Positions 55,172-64,000 of a stretch of DNA of 64,000 nucleotides are shown piece by piece. The DNA is from Rhabdochlamydiaceae bacterium (GTDB taxonomy: Bacteria > Chlamydiota > Chlamydiia > Chlamydiales > Rhabdochlamydiaceae): assembly GCA_047459655.1 (NCBI GenBank), contig JAJREF010000003.1:128001-192000 (forward strand), read 5' to 3'. A program made the position numbers and the translations under genes. The notes under the pieces are model-generated. The model worked only from the letters and a program-made list of their open reading frames with translations, ran no database searches and had not been told where the DNA came from. Every line of letters starts with the position of its first letter. Within the stretch, counting starts at the first letter, position 1.

Positions 55172-55702
55172 TTATTTAGGTTGAATGTTCATTGTTTCAG
55201 CAAATGAACTCATTGCTTGTTGGGTATTAATAGCTTCAACATAGGCATTCCAGAGTTCTACTTCGACTGTACCGTGACGTATAGAAGAAATGAGCTCTCT
55301 TTTGCAGGTAGCTAAAGAACGTTTTGGGCTCAAAATAGCAATCATTTCTTTTTCGCCAGTTAATTTAGCAAGATTCAACATTTTTTCTAATTGGCTGCGT
55401 GTAAAAGTAATTTGATCGCGGCGCTTTCTGGAACCTCTGGCGGCTCTTGATTTGGGAGTTACTGTGCCAGGCTTCTCAATATTAATAATAAATTTTTCAA
55501 TCATTGATCCGAGTTCTTGAGGTTGCCTTGTTTTCATCTTCTTTAAAGTGAAATGGTGCATATAACCGCCACTTGTCATGGGGATATAACGGCATAAATC
55601 ATTTTCTTTTCTGCCGCCTACTTTTTTAATTGCTTTTGATATTATCTCTTCAATTTCATTTAAATTCTTTAATTTACTAGAATCTGTAACACTCTGACTC
55701 AT
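55172..55702 (-). CDS. Conserved chlamydial hypothetical protein (CT066-like)
   Basis: KENDLCRYIP..GGYMHHFTLKKMK motif; lies between npt1 and ytgA as recalled for C. trachomatis. Confidence 0.7.
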   Translation of the reverse strand: MSQSVTDSSKLKNLNEIEEIISKAIKKVGGRKENDLCRYIPMTSGGYMHHFTLKKMKTRQPQELGSMIEKFIINIEKPGTVTPKSRAARGSRKRRDQITFTRSQLEKMLNLAKLTGEKEMIAILSPKRSLATCKRELISSIRHGTVEVELWNAYVEAINTQQAMSSFAETMNIQPK

Positions 55703-55974
55703 CGATTACTCTCCCTGATTTATAGTTTTAAGAGGTTGTTAGTTCTTTTTCAGCAGTTTATAAAATTCGAACTATTTTTTGCAAGAATTTCAAAAATAAA
55801 TTCTATTTTTAAACTAGCTTCAATAGACAGATTAAAATTTTTTATAAACATTGTTTGAATGTGAAAATGGTTGTTTTGATCTAATGCTATTTATAAAAAA
55901 CAACTTCATATTACAGATTTTTCTAAGCATTTTGCTAAAAAGTATTTGTGGAATTTGTTATACTTTGCGGCGTG

Positions 55975-56984
55975 ATGAAAAACATTAAAAAAATTATTGG
56001 TATAGCAGCGGGGAAGGGAGGTGTCGGGAAATCTACGGTTACCGTTAACCTAGCTCTTGCCTTAAAGGAATGTGGCTTTTCTGTTGGCATTTTAGATGCC
56101 GATATTTATGGCCCTTCCTTGTTGAAGATGTTAGAAATAGACGCTCCACCTACTGAAGGGGATGGGGGGATCATTCCAGGAAAATCTCATGGTATTGCCT
56201 GTATGTCAATGGCTTTTTTTAATGTGGGAGCTACGATTGTAAGAGCTCCAATTGCAAACCAAGTGATGCATCAATTTGTTCATGGGGTAATGTGGGGGAA
56301 TTAGATTTTTTAGTGGTAGATTTTCCGCCAGGGACTGGTGATATTCAGTTGACTCTTTTACAAGAGGTGAGTTTCTGTGGGATGGTCATTGTCACAACTC
56401 CCCAGGAACTTTCTCTCATTGACGTGCAAAAAACGGTTGAAATGATTCAAAAATCAACTATTCCTATTTGTGGCGTTCTTGAGAATATGAGTTATTTTGA
56501 GCAAGGGGATAGGCGCCATTTTCTATTTGGTCAGGGAGGAGGAAAAAGGCTTGCAGAGGCACTTTTCCTGCCTTTATTGGGAGAGATGCCGATAGATCCT
56601 CTTTTGGGGGCTTGCGGAGATGCAGGTAGATCGCTGTTCCAAGAAGCTCCTCAATCTCTTAGCGCTCAGATGTTTTTGCAGCTGGCTAAGGAGGTTGCTA
56701 AGGTGGCGGATCTACCTACAATGGAATATTCTCTTGTAGATGGTGGTGAGAGAATTAAGATTGAATGGAAAGACGGTCTGGTGCGTGAGTATGAAGGGAA
56801 GGCGATCCAGAGATGTTGTCCCTGCGTTATTTGCAGAGATATAAAAGATCGGGGTTTAGAAGGTGGGGTTGAAATAAAACATGTAACGGCTATAGGGAAA
56901 TATGGGTTGAAAATAGAATTTTCTCATGGTTGCTCAAGTGGCATCTACCCTTTTACAATGTTGAGGAAAATATGTTCCAGTTAA
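55975..56984 (+). CDS. Mrp/ApbC/NBP35 Fe-S carrier ATPase fused to a C-terminal DUF971 (GBBH-N-like) domain (frameshift ~56295)
   Basis: GKGGVGKST, DADIYGPS, DFPPGTGD, VTTPQ, ENMS; C-terminal I.W.DG...CPCVIC...G.YG..I.FS.G.SSGIY.F. Confidence 0.85.
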
Positions 56985-57928
56985 GGCTTTTAATATGTGT
57001 TTTACTATGTCTTTTAGGAATGGGATGTTCCAAGGGGGACGCATCGATTGAAGACTGGATGAACCCAGATGGTAAATTAAAAGTGCTTTCTACAACAGCC
57101 ATTATCGATGATGTGGTAGGAAGGATTGGGAAAGATCGCATGTCCATCTATCTTTGATAACAGGGGAGATGGATCCTCACAGTTATGAGCTTGTTAAAGG
57201 AGATGATGAAAAAATAGTAGAGCATCGCTCGTCTTTTGCCATGGGCTTGGCCTTGAGCACGGCGCTTCTTTACGTTTAAAATTGCAGCACAAAGAAGGCG
57301 TTACATATTTAGGAGACTGTATCAAAAAGAAGCAGCCTGAGGCTATTTTAATGCGCAAAGGGCAAGAAGATCCCCATATTTGGATGGACGTGCTTTTATG
57401 GAAAGAGGTGATTGATCCTATTGTGCAAGAGCTTTCAAAAGTAGATCCTGAAGGGGCCTTGTTTTACCAGCAAAATGGAGAGATTCTAAAAAAGAGATGC
57501 TCCAAGTACACGAAAAAATTTTGTCGCAGATGCTCCGCATTCCACCAGAGAAGAGATTTCTTGTTACAAGCCATGATGCCTTTAATTACTTTACCAAGAG
57601 GTACTTGGCAGACGGCGAGGAGAATTGGGGCCTGCGCTTTCAAGCGCCAGAAGGTCTTGCACCTGATGGGCAACTTTCATGCTTTGACATTCAACAAATC
57701 ATCGATCATTTGTATGCACACAAAATTCATGTCGTATTTCCCGAGTCTAACGTGAGCAAGGATTCTCTGAGGAAGATTGTTTCAGCTTCATCAGAAAAGG
57801 GTTTTTCGATAAAACTGTCGCAAGGGCATTTGTATGCAGATAGTTTAGGCTCTCCTGGCTCTGATGCCGATACGTACCTTAAAATGATGGAACACAATGT
57901 GAGTCTGCTAATCCATGAATGGGAATAA
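56972..57928 (+). CDS. ytgA: Metal ABC transporter substrate-binding lipoprotein (TroA-like; frameshifted)
   Basis: LGMGC lipobox, DPHSY, GLGLEH, DPHIW, SHDAFNYF. Confidence 0.88.
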
Positions 57929-58696
57929 AAAACAGCTGCTTTAGAGGTTCAAGAGCTTACCGTTAACTATGACAAGATGGCGGTGCTATGGGATATTAAT
58001 TTCTCCGTTCCTTGTGGAACATGTGTGGGCGTGATTGGGCCTAATGGGGCAGGGAAAAGTACACTTCTTAAATCTACAATGGGTTTTATCAGAGGAGTGA
58101 GTGGGAAGGTGCTGTTTTTTGGTCACCCTTTTTCGCACATCAGAAAGCGGGTTGCCTATATTCCTCAGCGTCTATCTGTTGATTGGGATTTTCCTATGAC
58201 TGCCATCGATCTTGTGCTCATGGGATGTTATGCAAAATTAGGTTTTTTTAAATGGATCTCCAAAAAAGATAAGCTAGCGGCAAAAAAGGCTCTCTCTATG
58301 GTTGGCATGGAAGATTTTGCAGACCGGCAGATCGGTGAACTGTCGGGAGGGCAGCAGCAAAGACTTTTTATTGCGCGCGCTTTTTTGCAAGATGCTGATG
58401 TTTATTTGATGGATGAGCCTTTTGCAGGCGTTGACATGGGAACAGAAAAAGCTTTGGTTGCTCTTTTTGAAAAATTAAAAGAGCAAGGTAAAACTTTGAT
58501 CGTTGTTCACCATGATCTAGCAACAGTAGAAACCTACTTTGATTGGGTAATCATGCTCAATACCTGTTTGATTGCAGCAGGTCCTGTCAAAGAAGTTTAT
58601 AATGAAGCCACCATCCTTCGTACGTATGGGCGCAGTAGCCATTTGATAGATGAAGCTGCTAAAATGGCGCAAGAAAAAGTGAAAGGTCTGAAATGA
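57915..58696 (+). CDS. ytgB: Metal ABC transporter ATP-binding subunit
   Basis: GPNGAGKST, YIPQR..VDWDFP, LSGGQQQR, DEPFAGVD. Confidence 0.9.
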
Positions 58697-59953
58697 AACC
58701 CTGGTTCTCTTTTTTACAGATCCCGTACTCCGAGCTCCTACTTTGGGATGTATGTTCATGTGCTTAGCCTCCTCTTTAATTGGGGTGATCATCTTTTTAA
58801 GAAAACGCTCTCTTGTTGGAGAAACCCTTTCACATGCTGCCTATCCAGGGGTTGTCGCAAGCATTTTTTTCTGCGCTGTTTTTCCCGTTTTCCGAAGAGA
58901 TCGCTAGTATAGCAGTCCTCATAGGAGCGTTTATTACGGCTTTTTTAGGTCTCCAATGTGTGAACTTTTTGGAAAATAAACTCAAGGTGAAAAACGATTC
59001 AGCCTTTTCTTTTATTCTCTCTCTTTTTTTGGAGTGGGCGTGCTTTTTGCGAGCCGGCTCCAGATTACGCATGCTTTATGGTATAAACAAGCGCAGCTAT
59101 TCCTGTATGGTCAAGCAGCAACAATGACGGATATTCATATTTTTATTTATGGAACGCTGGCTCTTCTCATCGCTATTTTTATCATTGTGATGTACCGCCA
59201 TCTGAAAGCCGTAAATTTTGATGGATCATTTTCTTCTTCTATTGGCCTTGCTTCTTCACGTATCGATTGGATGACGATGTGCTTTCTCGTGCTTGCAATC
59301 GTAATAGGTATACGGAGTGTCGGTGTTGTCCTCATGGCAGGGATGCTCATTGCACCTGCTGCTGCTGCTAGACCTTTTACTAAGAGGCTCTCTTCCCATT
59401 TTTGCCTAGCAGGATTTTTTGGGCTTCTTAGTGGATTTTTGGGGAATTATCTTTCTATTACCATACCGCAGGGGCGTTATCCTTTGCCAACAGGTCCCAT
59501 GATTTTGCTCTCTGCTGCAGCGATTTGTTTATTTGGGATATTTTTTGCCTCTAGGGGAGGTCTTTTGGTTCGCTTTTCAAGAGCTTTTATGTTCCGCAGG
59601 CGGTGCAAGATAGAAAATAGTTTAAAAGCTTTATGGAAGAAAAAAATAGTCCCCTATCATTGTGGGTGATATGCCATCTGAGATTTAGGGGATGGATTGA
59701 GCGAAGAGAGCAGGGGTATGAACTAACAGAGATAGGAAGAAAAAAAGCTGAAAGAGTCATCAGGCTTCACCGGTTATGGGAAGTGTATTTGGTTGACTAC
59801 ATGGGGCAGTCGGTCGAAAAAGTTCACCGTAACGCAGAAGAGCTCGAGCACCTTTTTACTCCTGAATTTGAAAGGGAGCTAACTGCTCTTTTAAAAGATC
59901 CTAAAAAAGATCCCCATCATCAACCCATTCCTGCAGGGGAAGGGCTTTTATGA
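58693..59953 (+). CDS. ytgC: Metal ABC permease fused to a DtxR-like repressor domain (YtgC-YtgR; frameshifted)
   Basis: LSHAAYPG, VGVVLMAGMLIAP, LPTGP permease motifs; C-terminal LT..G...A....RLHRLWE.YL...H..AE..EH...DPH..PIP. Confidence 0.88.
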
Positions 59954-60892
59954 TCAATCCTTATTGGGGTAAAGATTTTCTTGGATTTTTTACCACTCTT
60001 TTCAAGAGATTCACAGGTTCTTTGTCACTTGAGAGACTTCCTTCCGATGAAGTCCAGCTGCTTGCCTTATTAGGCATATCTTTTGCCTGCGCCCTCATTG
60101 GCGTTTTCTTGAATTTGAAGAAGATGACAATGCTTGCCAACTCTATTTCTCACACCGTTTTATTAGGGATTGTACTTGCCTATATCATCACATTTTCACT
60201 TTCTTCAGAATTCAATATTGATATCCAAACGCTTCTTTTAGCTTCCCTATTAACTGCTTTTCTAACCACATTCTTAACTCAACTATTTACACAGGTTGTG
60301 AAGTTACAAGAGGATGCGAGTATTGGACTTGTGTTTACAACACTTTTTGCAATAGGAGTTGTGCTTGTAACTGTTTTCACTAGAAATCTGCACATTGGTA
60401 TAGAAGCTGTAACAGGTAACATCGATGCCCTGGACCTTCAGGATCTCAGGTTAGTTGCCATCGTGGGAGCTTTTGATTTGATCATTGTTGCGCTTTGTTT
60501 TAAAGAATTTAAAATCACAGCGTTCGATCCTGCCTTAGCCAGTTCTCTTGGAGTGTCCCCACTATTTTGGGCATCTGCTCATGTTCCTCACAGCTACCAC
60601 TTGTATTGGAGCTTTTAGAGCTGTAGGAGTTCTTCTTGTGTTGGCATTTCTTGTAGGCCCTGTCTTGATGGCTCGACTATTCACCAATCACCTCAAAACA
60701 CTCCTATGGCTTGCCTGTCTTTTTGGCATGGTCTGCTCAATTTTAGGTGTTGCTCTTTCAAGACACTTTTTGTCATTCTACCACATCCCTCTTTCAACAG
60801 GAGGGCTTGTTGTTACCCTGATGGGCTTTGCCTATTTTGTCATGCTTGCGTGTTTCCACTTTAAACGCGTATGGTATTTATCTCATCGGTAG
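59950..60892 (+). CDS. ytgD: Metal ABC transporter permease (frameshift ~60567)
   Basis: ANSISHTVLLG, EDASIGLVFT, AFDP.LA, FRAVGVLLV. Confidence 0.88.
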
Positions 60893-60978
60893 AAAATGAT
60901 GGGTTTTGAAGACGTTTAATTTGCAGCCATCTCTGTATGTTTTTTTCTAAATGAAGCTTGCTTCATTCAGAACTCATC

Positions 60979-61494
60979 CTATGTGGTAGGGCATTCGACC
61001 TTTTGTATTAAATCAAAGAGAGTTTCTCTGATCTTTGATCGTAATGTTGAACCAAAACGCTCGTCTTTAGGGGTTTTACGTACGTCTTCCATAAAACAAT
61101 CAAATGCATTTTCCAGGGGCTTCACAAGTGGATGTTTGGATTTAAAAAATGGAGTTATCTCTGTTTCGAGGTAATCGAGCAGGGTTTCGTCTAGTAATCT
61201 ATTCTCGAAGGATTGGTCCAAGAGATCTCTCAATATGTCAGGAAAAGCTTTAGCTGTTTTTATTACTTGGTCTTTTTTGTTTTCAATATGCCGATTGTAT
61301 AAAGCTCGTAAAGCAAGTGCTCCAATTGCTCCAACAACTATCAGCGCGACAATTCGTCGAGATGTTATTTGGCGTATTGGAAAAGAAAGGAAAGAGACAC
61401 AGCGTTGAAAAAAACCAGCTCCTGTTGATTTGAATAGAACTGGAGCAGCAAAACTGGGAAAATTATAGCTTGATTTTGATGAAACAGAATCCAT
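60979..61494 (-). CDS. Hypothetical protein with one hydrophobic segment
   Basis: AGAGGG RBS; Ser-rich N-terminus; IVALIVVGAIGALAL segment. Confidence 0.6.
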   Translation of the reverse strand: MDSVSSKSSYNFPSFAAPVLFKSTGAGFFQRCVSFLSFPIRQITSRRIVALIVVGAIGALALRALYNRHIENKKDQVIKTAKAFPDILRDLLDQSFENRLLDETLLDYLETEITPFFKSKHPLVKPLENAFDCFMEDVRKTPKDERFGSTLRSKIRETLFDLIQKVECPTT

Positions 61495-61861
61495 TTTATA
61501 CCCTCTGTAAAAAAATTAAAGACACGTCGATTCTAAAATAAAACTGAAAATATTTCCATTAAAATTGTGCTTGAATCTATCTTGATTTAAATATTTTTTA
61601 TCTTCATCGCATGTTGTTGATTTTTAACCAGATAGTTTTAGTTGTGGAACATGTTGAGCCCGTTGGATAAGTATCATGTTTGTAAAAATGCACATTTTGC
61701 GATCTTTCGATTTTTGCTCGCCCCCTATGGGGCGTCCTACATATGCGGGCTCGCTCAATTAATGGCTGAAAAGTGTTGCCATGGAGGTCTTTCCTATTTA
61801 GAGAAAAACAGTAACTATCCTTGACTTTTAGCTTCTCTATCGGTTTTAATCGGTGGCAGTC

Positions 61862-62994
61862 ATGAATAAAAAAATTTCTATTCTTGGAAGTACAGGGTCG
61901 ATTGGAAAAAAACACCCTAAACATCGCACGGGCACTATCTTCAGAAATTCAAGTTAAGGCTTTAGCTGCTAAGTCAAATATTGCTGCTTTAGAGCCTCAG
62001 ATTAGGGAGTTTCATCCCGAGATCGTAGCTGTGTATGAAGAAGAAAAGGCTCTGGAATTAAAAATATTTCCCGTTTGAAAATTGTTTCAGGCATGGAAGG
62101 TCTTTTAGAGGTGGCGTCACACCCTAGTGTGAATTATGTTGTTTCTGCAATGACAGGGGCAATTGGTATATTGCCGACGGCACAAGCAATCAAAGAGGGG
62201 AAAACCATCGGTCTTGCTAACAAGGAAGTGTTGGTTTCTGCTGGCGCGTATATCATGCAGCTAGCCAAGGAAAACAATGTTTCCATCATCCCTATCGACA
62301 GCGAGCACAGCGCTATTTTTCAGTGCTTGCAAGGTAATTCTTTCAAAGATGTGCGCAGATTGATTTTGACAGCTTCTGGTGGACCATTTTTGCATACGCC
62401 CCAAGAGGATCTTGCTTCGATCACGGTTGAAAAGGCACTTGCTCATCCGACATGGCAGATGGGGCCTAAGGTCACAGTCGATTCTTCAACTCTGATGAAT
62501 AAAGGTTTTGAAGTGATCGAGGCTCATTTCTTATTTGATATTCCTATAGATAAAATTGAAGTTGTCATTCATCCTCAAAGTATTATTCATAGTTTTGTTG
62601 AGTATATTGATGGGTCGATCTTGGCGCAAATGTCAGAACCTAATATGATGATGCCGATTCAGTATGCGTTGACGTATCCGGAGAGAAGGGAATCGCCACT
62701 AGAGCCTTTTGCTTTTGCAAAGCATGGTTCTCTGCAGTTTTTCCCTCCTGATATACAAAAGTTTCAGTGCCTTGATCTGGCGTTTAAAGCGCTTGCCCAA
62801 GGAGGAAGTGCGCCTTGTTATTTGAATGCAGCCAATGAGGTTTTAGTAGGCAGATTTTGTCGAAAAGAGATTGGGTGGCATGAGATTGGTATTAAATTAG
62901 AGTCTCTTTAAAGAGACACACCCTACAGCCATCTGACTTGGATTCTCTTTTGAAAGTAGACGCTGCAGCGCGCGAGGAGGCGCAAGTGGAATAA
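61862..62994 (+). CDS. dxr: 1-deoxy-D-xylulose 5-phosphate reductoisomerase (frameshifted)
   Basis: ILGSTGSIG, LANKE, PIDSEHSA, LTASGGPF, HPTWQMG.K, NKGFEVIEA, NAANE. Confidence 0.95.
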
Positions 62995-64000
62995 TGGAAA
63001 ATATACTTTATTTGTTTCTTGCAATTTTAGGTCTTGGTTTTTTAGTTTTTATCCATGAGCTTGGCCATTACGTGATGGCTAGAAGAGTGGGGATGACGGC
63101 TCGAGGCTTTTTCGATTGGTTTTGGAAAAGCGATCTATAGTTGGGAATCAAAAGGTGTCAAATGGCAAATCTGTTGGCTTCCGTTTGGCGGGTATGTGCG
63201 CATTGCTGGTATGGAAAAAAAAGGTGGGATGGAGCCTCATGACATCCCCGATGGCTTCTATGGAAAGAAACCACTTCAACGGATTAAAGTTGCTCTTGCA
63301 GGACCTGTAACAAATGTTCTTTTTGCACTTTTTGTCTTTGTTCTTATTTGGATAACGGGAGGGCAAGAAAAACCTTTCCGAGAACATACCAATGTCATTG
63401 GAAATATTGAGACGCAATCGAATCTCTACACCTTTGGTGTCCGCCCTGGGGATCAGTTTAAAGCCGTCGATAATAAGCCTGTACAAGGATTTTCCAATAT
63501 ATTTTTAGAGATGATGATGAACAAAAATGCTCGTCATCTTTCAGGTAAAGAGATCAATTATTTCACGAAGCAAGAAAACTCTTTTTCTTATCCTCTCGAT
63601 CCCCATATGCATGGGATGGAGGCAGTTGCTGCTTTAGGGATGATCCCTGCTGAATACCTGGTGTTTGATAAGATCACAGCACCTGGGTCTCCTATGGAAA
63701 AGAGCGGGATCCAAAAGGGGATCGCATTCTATGGGCCGATGGAGAGTTGATTTTTTCAAGAAGTTACTTAACGCAGGTCCTGAACGAACCAATTGCATTT
63801 TTAACAGTTAAGAGAGGCTCCACAACTTTTTTTACACGTGTCCCTCGTTTGAAAATCTCTGATTTGCAAATTGATGCTAATCAAAAAGCAGAGCTTAGCG
63901 ATTGGCAGCATGAAGCGGGACTTATGGCAAAAGTTCTCAGCTATATTTTATTCCTTATAATTTGAACAACCGTTGTATTGTAGAAAACCCTTTATCGTAC
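62994..64000 (+). CDS. rseP: RIP metalloprotease RseP (partial, frameshifted)
   Basis: FIHELGH, FSIGFG, LPFGGYV, AGPVTN; directly follows dxr. Confidence 0.9.

Noticed and set aside
61640..61672. DnaA-box-like words (TGTGGAACA, GTTGGATAA) suggesting oriC
   Set aside because: Each has two or more mismatches to TTATCCACA, there are only two, and no supporting cluster is present.
1109..63486. Many short antisense or alternate-frame ORFs in the ORF track
   Set aside because: They overlap well-supported genes and have no motifs or RBS, so they are treated as shadow ORFs.
568..64000. Mass pseudogenisation or programmed frameshifting (lon, glyA, pheT, alaS, mfd, dxr, ytgA/C/D and others are split)
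   Set aside because: The breaks are mostly single-base indels, often in homopolymers, and hit essential genes whose motifs are otherwise intact. This is the pattern of unpolished long-read error.
1..64000. CRISPR array, tRNA, rRNA or transposase genes
   Set aside because: No repeat-spacer array, cloverleaf, rRNA signature or transposase ORF was recognised.

Overview
This is a chromosomal segment from a member of the phylum Chlamydiae, probably an environmental (non-Chlamydiaceae) lineage. That assignment is inferred from an ATP/ADP translocase, ytgABCD with a fused YtgC-YtgR, CdsZ-, CT066- and CT652.1-like proteins, two SNF2 ATPases and a gene order recalled from C. trachomatis. Most of the window is housekeeping DNA, and many genes, including essential ones, are broken by single-base frameshifts that are best read as uncorrected long-read errors. 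The top candidate for a new system is a tightly packed three-gene operon at 40238->35491. It encodes a signal-peptide-less OppA-type ligand-binding domain fused to a ~500-aa unknown N-terminal region, a stand-alone SH2-fold protein, and a MATE-family exporter; a eukaryote-like CMGC/DYRK-type kinase follows on the same strand. The second is a set of long palindromic elements resembling Rickettsia palindromic elements: one is inserted in frame (168 bp, 56 aa) inside mfd, one supplies the stop codon of hemE, and two are intergenic. Also present are an RNase P RNA, a CIRCE operator over the dnaJ promoter, a sigma54-type promoter, a small lipoprotein missed by the ORF track, and several paralogous or Inc-like orphan membrane proteins.
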